DNA from: Chloroflexota bacterium
GTDB lineage: Bacteria; Chloroflexota; UBA11872; VXNJ01
Assembly (NCBI GenBank): GCA_965261345.1
Contig: OZ253449.1
Location: 2,307,784 to 2,371,783, forward strand
DNA length: 64,000 nucleotides
Direction of reading: 5' to 3'
Each line of letters opens with the position of its first letter. Within the stretch, counting starts at the first letter, position 1. The notes below the pieces were generated by a model that ran no database searches, was not told the origin of the DNA, and worked only from the letters and a program-made list of their open reading frames with translations. A program made the translations under genes and the position numbers. Positions 21,962 through 32,230 of the stretch are shown here, piece by piece.

Positions 21962-22877
21962 CCGGGCCAGGGTTGGCAGAGGACGTGACGGTGCAGAAAC
22001 TAAGCATTTTTCTTGGGTGGAGGGTCGCGGCGATGCTCTTGCTAGCCGCTTCCTACGGCGTGACCGTATATGCAGATCTCGATGATGGAGTCCGCGCACC
22101 GCTGGCTGCAGTTGTAGCAGCAGCCGCGGTAATAGCAGCCAACGAGCGCAGCGAGCATTCCAAAGTAACCGAATTGGGTTTGCATCGATTGCATCGATTG
22201 CATCCCTTGGCGCAGGGTGGTTCTGGCTATGCGATGCGACCGGTGGAAATCCGGACAGATTGGGCGTCGCAGTTGCCATTGCAATTGCCGTGGTCGTAAT
22301 TGGCGCGTCGATCCGAATATTTTCCACTTGGCCAAACCGGGACGTCTCCTTAGCAAAATGCGAACATTTCGGTTTGGCGTTCGCGACTAATCCATCGGTT
22401 ACGCCATATTTAGCGTTTCCCGGCCAATGGGTCGTGCCTGGCCTTTCGGTGAATTGGAATCGAACGCGATCGGTGGCGCCTTAGGAGTGATTTGCGGGCG
22501 GGCGGCCCCAATAGCGGGTTAATTTTGGTCGCAATGGGTGGATTGGCTCAAGCTTCTCTCCAGTCCGAGCGGCTGGCAAGTTTTTTATAAGGGTCCTGCC
22601 GATGAATCACCCGATACGGGTTGCAAAATGAAGTGGACATAACCGCGAATTTGCTCAATGCTCACCATCGATCAGCAGCCCGCCGGTCAGGCTTGCCGCA
22701 AGCGTGCATACGACGTCACACCGCTTTCCCGCATTTCGGCATACATCAGCTAACGGTTCCCTAAATCGGATCCTTACACTCTGAACGGCGCTCTCTACAT
22801 CGGTGCCGGAATCGGCCCTTTTCTCAGCGCTGACGCCATCCGAAATGGACCTGGCCATCGGTTGTCGCGGAATCGTT

Positions 22878-24350
22878 CTACGGCTGTGCGAATTGGGCCG
22901 CTTCAGCGCCAGCGATACGCCCGAAGACCGCGCCCGCCATCATTCCTCCGCCGGATGGATAGTTCCAAGCCCAGAGGCCACCGACCATCTCGCCAGCGGC
23001 GTAGAGGCCGGGGATGGCCCGGCCCAAGTTGTGCACCACCTCGCCCTGAGCTGCGATTTGGAGGCCGCCGTAGCAGAAGGTCATGCCGCAAGTGACTGCA
23101 AAGCCCTCGAATGGGGCCAGGTCAAGCGGGAGTGCCCAGTTGCGGCGTGGCGGAGTGATGCCTACCGCCTCCTTGCCGTCGGGACGAAATGCATTGAACT
23201 CTCCGCGCTGTACGGCGCCGTTGTACTCCTTCACCGTTGCTACGAACGCGGTCACCTCCCGAATGCCGAGCTGTTGTCCTAGCCCTTCCAGCGTGTTGGA
23301 CGCAACCCGCGTGGCCATTTCGTATCGCTGGAGGAGGCCAAGGTTACGGTGCTTGGCGTCGAATATCTGAAAGGCCTTGGCCTCCGGTTGGGCCAGAATC
23401 GCGCGCCCGGTCTTGGCGTAGGTAAGCCCCCGCCAGGTCTCGCCCTCATCTACGAACCGGCGGCCATCCAGATTCACCATGACCGAGTAGGGGTAGGCGT
23501 ATCGACTCCAGAAGTCGCCGGCGACGCCTGGGCCGGGAAGGTCGCAGTGCGGGCGGTTCAAGTCCTGCGGCGAGGCGTGGCAGGTGGACCAGGAGCCGTA
23601 TGGCAGGGCGCCGATGTCCATTGCCATGGTCAGGCCATCACCGGTGTTATATGGAACGCCGCGCAGTTTTACTGTTTCCCATTCAGGACCCAGGTAGCGG
23701 GAACGCATCTCGGGACTGGATTCGAAGCTGCCACAGGCCAGCACCACCGCCTTGGCCTGGTAGGTACGGAGGCCGTCGGGCGTCAGAACCCGGACTCCGG
23801 TAACGTGTCCCTGGTCGTTCTGGATGAGCTCAGTGGCTTGGGAATCGTAATGGATCTGGATCCCCAATCGCTCACCCGCGGCGAACCACCGCTCGAGCAG
23901 GTTGTAACCCCCACCGGCAAAGGAGACCACGTTAGCGGCGAGCGGATTGCGATAACTGGGCTCCCACTCATGGCCGTGGCTTCGCATCCACTGGACGGTG
24001 GGGAAGGCTCGATTTACGAGGGTCTCTGCCAAGGCCCTGTCGCTTTGCCCTTCCGTCACCATCATGATGTCGTCCCAATACTCTTGCCGGCTGTAGCTGG
24101 TAACCCGGCTGGCCATTTTTCGGAGCTCGTCTCCCGAAACGTCTGGCAGTAGAGGAACGAGGTCTTCCATCCCGCCGAAAGGGAACCGCATCTGGATCGT
24201 CAGGGCACTGTTGCCGCCGCGGTGGGCCCTGGGCGCCTTCTCCAGTACGACTACGTCGGCGCCGCGCTCTCGAGCCGCTACCGCCGCCGCCATGGCGGCA
24301 TTACCTGCACCGACTACAACTACCTGCGTGCGAATCTCGCGGTCAGCCAT
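22878..24350 (-). CDS. FAD-dependent oxidoreductase, tricarballylate dehydrogenase (TcuA)-like / fumarate-reductase-flavoprotein-like.
   Basis: The N-terminal dinucleotide fold is QVVVVGAGNAAMAAAVAARERGADVVVLEK, with GGNS nearby and the C-terminal PGLYAAGEMVGG. The ATG at 24350 was chosen. Confidence 0.75.
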   Translation of the reverse strand: MADREIRTQVVVVGAGNAAMAAAVAARERGADVVVLEKAPRAHRGGNSALTIQMRFPFGGMEDLVPLLPDVSGDELRKMASRVTSYSRQEYWDDIMMVTEGQSDRALAETLVNRAFPTVQWMRSHGHEWEPSYRNPLAANVVSFAGGGYNLLERWFAAGERLGIQIHYDSQATELIQNDQGHVTGVRVLTPDGLRTYQAKAVVLACGSFESSPEMRSRYLGPEWETVKLRGVPYNTGDGLTMAMDIGALPYGSWSTCHASPQDLNRPHCDLPGPGVAGDFWSRYAYPYSVMVNLDGRRFVDEGETWRGLTYAKTGRAILAQPEAKAFQIFDAKHRNLGLLQRYEMATRVASNTLEGLGQQLGIREVTAFVATVKEYNGAVQRGEFNAFRPDGKEAVGITPPRRNWALPLDLAPFEGFAVTCGMTFCYGGLQIAAQGEVVHNLGRAIPGLYAAGEMVGGLWAWNYPSGGGMMAGAVFGRIAGAEAAQFAQP

Positions 24351-24771
24351 CGGCCGCTCCAACAGGGAATCGGGATGTTCGACCACCAGGTCGCATCACC
24401 AGCCCGACCGACGGCAATTTGGGGGCGGCGTCGCAAATCAAATAAATCAGGGAACGAGCGCAATCGTTTTCGGATTTTGGGGCATCTGGCGAATATCGGC
24501 GGGAGGTGGAGTTGAGTAGCTCTTTTTTCGCTGACAACATACTGGAATTAGACAAACTGCGCGGCTTGCAAAAGTGGTTTTCCTGGTGGCGCGTCACTTC
24601 GACTCTCCTAGTACCGCCACCTCTGGCGACACTAGGGCTATTGTGGCTCTCGGGCCGCCATATTTCCCTGTAGGCGCTTCGCCTAGCTTGGAGCCCAACG
24701 GTAACATCTCAATCCAGATCCCGGAGCCCTCACGCCCCCGGCAGGCCCGGAACGGAACCGTTCAATCGGCC

Positions 24772-24777
24772 AAGGAG
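24772..24777 (+). promoter_or_regulatory. Shine-Dalgarno-like AAGGAG, 9 nt upstream of the ATG at 24787.
   Basis: caAGGAGcggctaactATG. Confidence 0.5.
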
Positions 24778-24786
24778 CGGCTAACT

Positions 24787-26469
24787 ATGTCCAAACCCAA
24801 CAGCATCACCGGCAGTCACCTCATTGCCCGTGCCCTAAAGCAGGAGGGCGTAAAGAACGTCTTCACGCTGGCGGGAGACCACATCCTTCCCGTTATAGAT
24901 GTCATGGAGGATGAAGACTTCCGCTTCATCGATACGCGCCACGAGCAAGCCGCCGTTCATATGGCGGATGCCTGGGCACGGATGACCGGTCAGATTGGGG
25001 TGAGTATGGTCACTACCCCCGGTCACGCCAACGCGCTCCCAGGGCTGGTCCACGCAATGGCCACAGAGGCACCCGTCCTGCACATCAGCGGCTCGGACAA
25101 GCTGTCCGATTACGACCGGGGCATGATGCAGGAGATTGACCAAGTAGGCATGGCCAAGGCAACAACCAAGGCGGCATGGTTGGTACGTGACGCTCACCGT
25201 CTACCCGAATACATCTCCATGGCCATCAGAACGGCCTTCTCCGGGCGACGGGGGCCAGTGCACCTCACCATCCCAATTGACGTGCAGGAGACTGTGGTTG
25301 ACGACCAAGCGGTTCGCTATCCCGGCTCAAACGAGTCGCGTCCCACCGGCCCGTCAGTGGCCAGCGCAAAACAGGTAGAAGCGGCGGTGCGCTTGCTACA
25401 CCAAGCGGAGCGACCGCTGGTGGTGGCCGCCAACCCCGCCGGCTATGAGGATTCCAACAGCGAGGTGTTGCAACGGTTCCTGGAGGTGACTCGCCTTCCG
25501 CTAATGACGGAAGGTACAGCCCGGGGGATCGTTCCTGACAATCACCCATATTGCTTTGGGATCTTCGACCTGGGCCTAAATCAGGCTGCGCCCCTGCTGC
25601 GGGAAGCGGATGTGGTGCTATTTCTAGGGAAGAAGCTGGACTATTCGATTGGCTATGCCCAACCTCCGGTGGTGGCAGCCGACGCGAGCACCATCCAGGT
25701 GGATCCTTCGCCCGCCGAAATCGGACGCAACCGCGGAGTGACCATCGGTATCGCCGGCGACATTGCCGGAGTCGTGGAACAGTTTTCCCAGGAAGCGTCC
25801 TCATTCCCCTGGAGCGACGGGCCATGGATCCAGCGCCTGCGGGCAAAACGTGAGAAGCAGGCCGATTGGGTGGCCTCCAAGGCGGTACCGGAATCACCGC
25901 TGCATCCGCTTTTCGTGCATCAGACTCTGGGCGAACTCCTGGGGCCTGACGATGTGGTGGTCTTCGATGGTGGCGACTACTGCCACTTTGGGAAGCTCTA
26001 TTTTCCGGCCCGTCCCAGAAGCTGGTGGTCGCTGCCTGACCTGGGGATGCTTGGATCGGCCGTGCCCACGGCCATCACCGCCAAGCTGGCGCGACCCAAC
26101 GCCCGAGTTGCCTTGGTGTCCGGCGACGGCAGCTTTGGATTCAACGGCATGGAGTTCGATACGGCCGTTCGCCACGGCCTAGATATCGTGGCTGTCTTAG
26201 GAAACGATTCAGCATGGGGAATAGACCGGCAGATCCAGCTTGCCGCATACGGGAGGGCTGTGGCCACCGACCTGCTCCCATCGCGCTACGACCAGGTGGT
26301 GCAGGGGCTAGGCGGTCACGGCGAATTCGTACAGCGTCCCGAAGAGCTTCGCCCTGCCCTGGAGCGTTCTTTCGCCGCGCGAAAACCGGCCCTCGTCAAC
26401 GTGCTAACCCAACGCGTGTCCAGTCCAAGGGGAGAACGGGCAATCGCCCGACGCAAAGCTGGCGGCTGA
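24787..26469 (+). CDS. Thiamine-pyrophosphate-dependent enzyme (acetolactate synthase / oxalyl-CoA decarboxylase family).
   Basis: The N-terminal Pyr domain reads VFTLAGDHILPVID..HEQAAVHMADAWARMTG. The C-terminal TPP motif reads GDGSFGFNGMEFDTAVRH..NDSAWG. Confidence 0.85.
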   Translation: MSKPNSITGSHLIARALKQEGVKNVFTLAGDHILPVIDVMEDEDFRFIDTRHEQAAVHMADAWARMTGQIGVSMVTTPGHANALPGLVHAMATEAPVLHISGSDKLSDYDRGMMQEIDQVGMAKATTKAAWLVRDAHRLPEYISMAIRTAFSGRRGPVHLTIPIDVQETVVDDQAVRYPGSNESRPTGPSVASAKQVEAAVRLLHQAERPLVVAANPAGYEDSNSEVLQRFLEVTRLPLMTEGTARGIVPDNHPYCFGIFDLGLNQAAPLLREADVVLFLGKKLDYSIGYAQPPVVAADASTIQVDPSPAEIGRNRGVTIGIAGDIAGVVEQFSQEASSFPWSDGPWIQRLRAKREKQADWVASKAVPESPLHPLFVHQTLGELLGPDDVVVFDGGDYCHFGKLYFPARPRSWWSLPDLGMLGSAVPTAITAKLARPNARVALVSGDGSFGFNGMEFDTAVRHGLDIVAVLGNDSAWGIDRQIQLAAYGRAVATDLLPSRYDQVVQGLGGHGEFVQRPEELRPALERSFAARKPALVNVLTQRVSSPRGERAIARRKAGG

Positions 26470-26568
26470 GTTCTATTGGGGAAAGCATTGTCAACGGCAC
26501 GTAGTCGAATGAGCCAATGTGAACAGCGAATCCCGATTCTGCCGGGATTACGAGCGCATTGTTGCGAC

Positions 26569-27120
26569 TCAAGTGTTGCGACTGACATTCACTGAAGGCG
26601 CCGCGTTGGTCGCGCCATTCTCAAACCTTGCTCGAAAGGGTGCCGTCAGACCATTGGACAAAGGGCCGGCCAGCGGCCCGCGATGAACGGCGCGTGCGTC
26701 TCGGAAATCGAGCACTGCGCGCCGCAGCACCGGCTCGCCCAGACCGTGGCAGCCGGCACCACTTGAGCTCATGATTGGAATCCGGGCGGTCGGCCACAAA
26801 GACTTTGCCGCAAGGCGAGGAGGGTGCCGCCGGCGAGCGTTCCGAAGCATTTGGTCGGCGTTCCCGCAACGATCAACGGATCCTGGTGGCGCGGCGTCGT
26901 AGGACGACCCGAGCCCGTGTATCATGCCAGGCGGAACCCGGGATGCCCTCGGAAGTTGAACTAATGCCAATTGCACGATCGCTTTCTGGCCCAGAAATGC
27001 GGCACCGGCAAAACCACCCTCGCTACCGCCCTCTAACCGAGATTTAAGGACGTTGACGTCCCGGTAGATCTGGTCGATCTCATTGCTCCATGTGAGCGCT
27101 TCGCCGCGGGGCACAAGGTT
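26569..27120 (-). pseudogene. Possible amidase-signature-family remnant, truncated at both ends.
   Basis: LEGGSEGGFAGAAFLG..ASRVPPGMIHGLGSSYD resembles the GGSSGGSAAAVA..GSIRIPA..GL.G.KP. signature, but with Ser-to-Glu and other substitutions. The flanks are far shorter than the ~470 aa of the family. Confidence 0.3.
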
Positions 27121-27273
27121 TGGCCGTCCCCATACGTGGGCGCTGCCAGCAGCGCTATTACGGATATGCCGGTATTGATACTGCGCCGCAATCCGAAGCG
27201 ACCGCTCTGGCCGCGGCCCGTTCTGTCGACCTGGATCTGGCCTGCGCCGCATTGGGGCGAGACGATCCGAACC

Positions 27274-27891
27274 CTATTTGCTGGAACGGCTTCCATTGTT
27301 TGTCTTCGATCTGACCACCGAATCTACTTCGCAATACGCAGCGGGCGAGGCGAGCAACTTCAACCGGGACAATGCGACCGTCTTCTGGAACCCGAAGTGT
27401 TTGTATAACTCCCTGGTCGACAGCACGTAGAACTCCCATTGCGCCAAGTCCATTGGATCGACGGTAGCTTTGTCCTTGTGCGCCATGATCGCAAATACGT
27501 AGACGTCCGCTTGCCGCCGGGACTCGGTTTCAAAGTCGCCGCTCTCCGGATCCCAAGCCAAGGTTTCGGGAATCCGAAATGAAATTGATGAGAGCCGATC
27601 TTGAGCCCAGCTTTGGACATAACTAGCGGACTTGACCTCGAGCCTGATCCCGGCCGGCGTTGTGATGTCGAACGTCGCCCATGGATCGCGGATTCCAGCG
27701 CCCGATCCACCCACGGCTCGGTCCACGATGTACTCGGCTAGGACACCCCTAATAGTGTTGTTTACAAGGTCGGACGCCGACCACCGCCAGAAGTCCAGGA
27801 GGTCGAACCTCGAGGCGGAGCTGCCGGCATGAAATTCTTCGGAACCAGTCTTCCTTAATACTTCCAGTTTCGGGAACTTGCTTTCCGGCAT
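27274..27891 (-). CDS. Hypothetical protein with a PD-(D/E)XK nuclease-like motif.
   Basis: A 205-aa ORF reading GVLAEYIV..WATFDITTPAGIRLEVKSASY (a D-x9-E-V-K arrangement), followed by QADVYVFAIM... No partner gene is adjacent. Confidence 0.45.
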   Translation of the reverse strand: MPESKFPKLEVLRKTGSEEFHAGSSASRFDLLDFWRWSASDLVNNTIRGVLAEYIVDRAVGGSGAGIRDPWATFDITTPAGIRLEVKSASYVQSWAQDRLSSISFRIPETLAWDPESGDFETESRRQADVYVFAIMAHKDKATVDPMDLAQWEFYVLSTRELYKHFGFQKTVALSRLKLLASPAAYCEVDSVVRSKTNNGSRSSK

Positions 27892-28336
27892 CGATTTCTC
27901 ACCAATTCAGCGCGCGCGGACAAGATTGCGGCACGGAACTACTGCCATCCCAGGGCCGGGTACACCCCTCGCCGGGAATGTCGTGGTCCGTTTGCGTTCG
28001 GAGGCCGCGAGTCCATGTTCTCGTAAGGCTCGACTGACCATGGTCGCTAACTTAAGGGTCCCGGTTGAGATTGATGACGGTGGCTCAGCAGCAAGACGAG
28101 CGATCGGACCGCGCTCACGGCCGGTAGCACGGTAGATTGCCGTTCGGCCTCAATTGCAATCTGAGATCGGGCGGAAAGGTCGATTGCCTTGGTGCCAAAA
28201 AGCCCGGAATTCGGCCATGGCCTTGTCTACGGCCATCGACATCGCTCACTGGAGAATTGCGAGCGCGGACTGCAATCAAGATTGCGGGATGTGCCCGCGA
28301 ACGGCTTGAAGGAAGAAGGAGCGACGGAGGGAAGAA

Positions 28337-29239
28337 ATGAGGCCCGTGCTGATTGACTGCGACCCCGGCACCGACGACGCGCTTGCGATCTGTATGGCCC
28401 TAAACTCTCGCGCCCTCGATGTAGTTGGATTTACGACCGTGGGCGGAAATGCCGCAATCGACGATACAACTAGCAACGCGCTGTCATTGCTCGAGACCCT
28501 GGGCCGGGCCGAATTGCCGGTATGGAGAGGCGCCGACCGACCGCTGGTTGGGGAGTTCACTTTCGCCTACGAGTTCCACGGCAAAGGGGGTATGGGTATC
28601 CAACTGGAGCCGCCCGCAACCCGCGTGCGTACTGAACCTGCCGTCGACGCGATCATCGCCGCGGTAAGGGCGCGTCCAGGCAAGCTGACACTGATCGCCC
28701 TGGGCCCTCTGACCAACATCGCGTTGGCCCTCCGCCGCCGGCCCGCACTAGCGTCCGAGGTCGCAGAAATCATCGTGATGGGCGGGGCGCTGCAAGTGTC
28801 GGGAAACATCACCGAGCATGCTGAATTCAACATCTACAACGATCCGACGGCTGCAGCCGTCGTATTCGGCAGTGGGGCGCCGGTCAAACTGTTGGGCCTC
28901 GACGTGACCTCCAAAGTGGCCATTCCCCGATCTGAAGACCTGTGGATACAAGATGGATCAAAGACGGCGGTGCTGGCCAGGCGAATCCTTCAATCGTGGT
29001 TTGAGAGTCACTCCGGCGCCGACCAGTACAGCCTGCACGACCCGTTAACTGTCGCCGCGGCAATTGACCCGACTTTGCTCGCTTATCGGCCGAGCACAGT
29101 CGCTGTGGATACTCGGCACGGCACCACCCGAGGAAAGACCACGCCTTCTTATGGACACGGCCCCGTCCACGCCGCCCTTGGCGTCGATTCCGACCACGCG
29201 CGATTGCAGATCGAAGGCCTCATCCGCCATCAAGAATGA
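28337..29239 (+). CDS. Inosine/uridine-preferring nucleoside hydrolase family protein.
   Basis: The N-terminal Ca-binding fingerprint VLIDCDPGTDDALAI, plus LTNIALAL and HDPL. Confidence 0.9.
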   Translation: MRPVLIDCDPGTDDALAICMALNSRALDVVGFTTVGGNAAIDDTTSNALSLLETLGRAELPVWRGADRPLVGEFTFAYEFHGKGGMGIQLEPPATRVRTEPAVDAIIAAVRARPGKLTLIALGPLTNIALALRRRPALASEVAEIIVMGGALQVSGNITEHAEFNIYNDPTAAAVVFGSGAPVKLLGLDVTSKVAIPRSEDLWIQDGSKTAVLARRILQSWFESHSGADQYSLHDPLTVAAAIDPTLLAYRPSTVAVDTRHGTTRGKTTPSYGHGPVHAALGVDSDHARLQIEGLIRHQE

Positions 29240-29514
29240 CGGCCGGTGACGCGGGCTGGAAGGCCTCCGGTCGACGCACCCGATTGCCGGTGGTGGTCCG
29301 CGCTGCCAGCTGGCAGCGCACTGGCCTTAGCGCCGAGCACCCGTATCCGGCCAGGGATGGCGGTGAACCGTTGCAGATTGGCGATCGGATTGAACTGATT
29401 CCGCACCACCCCGGCAGCACCGTCCCTTTGAATCGGACTATCTACGCCTGCCGCGACGGCCAGGTGGTCGAAGAATGGCCGATCGCATACCTGCCGGTGC
29501 GCTCCAGTAATTAA
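29236..29514 (+). pseudogene. C-terminal fragment of a D-serine dehydratase-like / D-threonine aldolase-type PLP enzyme.
   Basis: PLQIGDRIELIPHHPGSTVPLNRTIYACRDGQVVEEWPIA matches the family C-terminal beta-domain. The ~300 N-terminal residues are absent. Confidence 0.3.
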
Positions 29515-29682
29515 CGCCGGATTGGGCCAGGAAAGAATCGCCCTTACAGGTGCGTCATCAACGCAATCAGGTGCGGCAAGATCGCCACAATCCGCACCGG
29601 GACATACTTGGCGGTTCCGGCCTCCGACAGCGTGCGACGGCGCCAATCCCAGGGCCGATTGATTACTTGAAACCGCAATCCC

Positions 29683-30102
29683 ATGGCTGAAAACAAAACC
29701 CACAAGACCGGAGCCAATGTTGAAGAGTTTCTGGCCGCGGTCGAGAACCGGCGGCGGCGCGAGGACGCATTCGCTCTCTTGGCGATGATGCGGGACATAA
29801 CCGGGTTGGAACCGGAAATGTGGGGACCGAGCATCATCGGATTCGGCGATCGCCACTACCGGTACGAATCGGGTCGCGAGGGCGATATATTCCTGACTGG
29901 TTTTTCGCCGCGCAAGCAAAACATGACCCTTTACATCATGGACGGACTCGAAGGCCAGGAAACCCTCCTGGGCCGGCTTGGAAAGCACCGCACGAGCGTA
30001 GCTTGTCTTTACATAAATAAATTGGCAGATGTTGACACCGATGTGCTGCGGCAATTGGCAAAGGTGTCGTTCGAACGCGCCAAGTCGACCGGGCAACCTT
30101 AG
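29683..30102 (+). CDS. DUF1801 (YdhG-like) domain protein.
   Basis: VEEFLAAVEN..RREDAFALLAMMRDITGLEPEMWGPSIIGFG..YRYESGREGD..GFSPRKQNMTLYI. Confidence 0.7.
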   Translation: MAENKTHKTGANVEEFLAAVENRRRREDAFALLAMMRDITGLEPEMWGPSIIGFGDRHYRYESGREGDIFLTGFSPRKQNMTLYIMDGLEGQETLLGRLGKHRTSVACLYINKLADVDTDVLRQLAKVSFERAKSTGQP

Positions 30103-30183
30103 CCGCCCGCCCGCCCGCACTACCCCCTTTACAGCGGTCGATCCAAGCCCCGATCGATGAACCGACGCCGATCTGGGCCCGAA

Positions 30184-30956
30184 TTATTGCGCCGTGTAGC
30201 CGCTGTCCATCATCAGCGGTGCGCCGGTGGCGAGGAAAGATACATTCGAAGCCAGAAATGGAACCGCGCAGGCGATTTCCTCGCGTTTTCCAAGCCTGCC
30301 GATCGGGCACATTTTGTAAGGGTCGCGTACCCTTCCAAGTCGCTGGTGACTTCGACCGTTCGGTTCGATTCGACATAACCTAGGCAGATGCAAGAAACCC
30401 GAATGTTTTGCTGGCATAGGCAAAGGCCAGATTGCTGGTGAACCACAGGGCCGCGCCCTTGGACGATAGATAGGGATCGAATCCGCCCAACAGGCTCGGA
30501 ATATCCGCCCGTCGCCCACCGCGGCGATGATCGAGGCCAGGTTGATGATCGAGTCGCAGCCCATGCGCTGCATAAGCGGAACGGCGCGCCAGCTATCCAG
30601 GCAAGTGCGCTTTGAATTGATTTCCAACACCGGGTCGCAGATCTCCTCCGGATTGGCTTCGGGCCCGGCTGCGTTGCGGGAGACACTCAGGCGTTGCCGA
30701 CCAACTTCGAATTTTCCGTAGGCGTCCAGTACGGCGTCGATTATGGCCTTGGCGTCGCTGTTGCGGCATACGTCCCCGATTGCAGCTGCCGCCCCGCCCC
30801 GGTGAGTAAAACCTGGGCCACAGTCTCCCGGGTTTCATCCGCGCTTAGTTCCGCGACGCCGACGCGGGCGTTATCGAGGGCAAAAAGCAGCGAGGTTGCG
30901 CGGCCGATTCATGATCCGGCGCGGGTCACTACGGCGACCTAGTTCTTGAGCCTCAT
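30184..30956 (-). pseudogene. SDR-family oxidoreductase pseudogene, with in-frame stops and several frameshifts.
   Basis: Reading from the ATG (30954-30956) gives MRLKN*VAVVTRAGS*IGRATSLLFA, so the TGxxxGxG motif carries a TAG and a TGA. Later family segments lie in three frames (DSIINLASI.., IRVSCICLGYVESN, CPIGRLGKREEIACAVPFLASNVSFLATGAPLMMDSGYTAQ*). Confidence 0.75.
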
Positions 30957-31066
30957 GCATCCTCCCGCAGGCAGGCACCTTCGCCGCTGCGAATCATGGC
31001 AGCGCGCGGGCCCAAATCCCACCACTCGGGCGGCGGCGGTCAATTTGTGGAGATAGGCGCCTGTTG

Positions 31067-32230
31067 CTAGCGCAACCCCTTCGGGGCCAGGTCGCCAATC
31101 GAACTTGCCAAATCGTCGGAGGATTCCTGGCCGATCTTACGTGCCGTCGGCGGCAGCGGTGTGTCGAACTGGTAATCCGGATCTTGCTGCTGGCGATCCC
31201 AGACGTAGAGCATCTCCCGCCAGGTGCCGATCAATGTGCGTGGCGCGGGCATGTCGTCGGCTATCGCCCGGTGCAGTTTTTTCAGGTTGTAGCACGGGAC
31301 CCCGGCGTACATGTGATGTTCGCAGTGCCAATTCATTCGCCAATAGAGGAACTCGAGGATCGGGATCAGGGTCATCGAGCGGACGCTCTTGCGAAAGTCG
31401 GGCGTCTTATCCATGAGGCCGCAGTGTTGGGGCAAGCCGACAGCATATTGCGCCCAGTTGGCGATGAAGGGAAAAAACGTAAGTATCAGCGGCAGCACCC
31501 ATTGCCCGGTGAGGACGGCCGCCACCAGGATCAGGCTGTGGAAGACCAGCTGGATCCGGGCCCAGCGAATGGACTTGCGGTGCTCGACTGGCTGGTCGGC
31601 GTGAACCGCGCGCAGCCACTCGATGGCTGGAATTTCGGCCGGGCCGTCATAACCCCGGGCCGTGCGAACGGTCTGCACGATCGTGGAAATGAGTCCGCCC
31701 TTCCCGAAAGTGCGTCCGGGTTGTGAGAACACGTTTACCGTAAACAGCTGCAGCAGAAACGTCTTGCCGACGGTCGGTTTTAGTGGCAGCAGCACCTCGC
31801 GATCGCCCGCCGGATGCAGCGTGTAACGGTGGTGGAAGGTATGGCTGGTGTTGTAGTCGTAGGGGTCGTACCAGCCCAATAGGCAAAAGACGTGATTGAA
31901 AAAACCATTGAGCCATTTGGTCCTAAACACTGACCCGTGACCAAGCTCATGCGGTGCAACGCCAATGAAAAAGCTCCCTATCGTGCCATGGGCAAACAGC
32001 GCCACGACCAACCCGATCCAGATCTGCTGCCACCAGAAAAAATAGGTCAGCGCGCCGGAGAGGGCAAAAAGACCCAGGTGTCCGCCGGCCTGCAGCCAGC
32101 CCTGAAGGTCGCTGCGGCGCGAGATTTCCTTAAGGACGGTACGGTCAATCGGAGATCGGTACCATTCGATCCGCAGGCTCTTGCGCACATCGGCCAGCGG
32201 CCGGTAATCCGAATCAGCTGCTTGGCTCAT
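31067..32230 (-). CDS. Membrane fatty-acid desaturase family protein.
   Basis: Three His boxes: HELGHGS, HTFHHRY and HCEHHMY. Hydrophobic segments are also present. Confidence 0.9.
   Translation of the reverse strand: MSQAADSDYRPLADVRKSLRIEWYRSPIDRTVLKEISRRSDLQGWLQAGGHLGLFALSGALTYFFWWQQIWIGLVVALFAHGTIGSFFIGVAPHELGHGSVFRTKWLNGFFNHVFCLLGWYDPYDYNTSHTFHHRYTLHPAGDREVLLPLKPTVGKTFLLQLFTVNVFSQPGRTFGKGGLISTIVQTVRTARGYDGPAEIPAIEWLRAVHADQPVEHRKSIRWARIQLVFHSLILVAAVLTGQWVLPLILTFFPFIANWAQYAVGLPQHCGLMDKTPDFRKSVRSMTLIPILEFLYWRMNWHCEHHMYAGVPCYNLKKLHRAIADDMPAPRTLIGTWREMLYVWDRQQQDPDYQFDTPLPPTARKIGQESSDDLASSIGDLAPKGLR

Noticed and set aside
23349-24152. A 267-aa plus-strand ORF.
   Set aside because: It is a shadow ORF antisense to the TcuA-like flavoprotein gene.
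29230-30120. A 296-aa minus-strand ORF spanning the nucleoside hydrolase end, the D-Ser-dehydratase-like fragment and the DUF1801 gene.
   Set aside because: It is antisense to better-supported plus-strand genes, it has a low-complexity Arg/Gly/Pro-rich composition, and I recognised no motifs.
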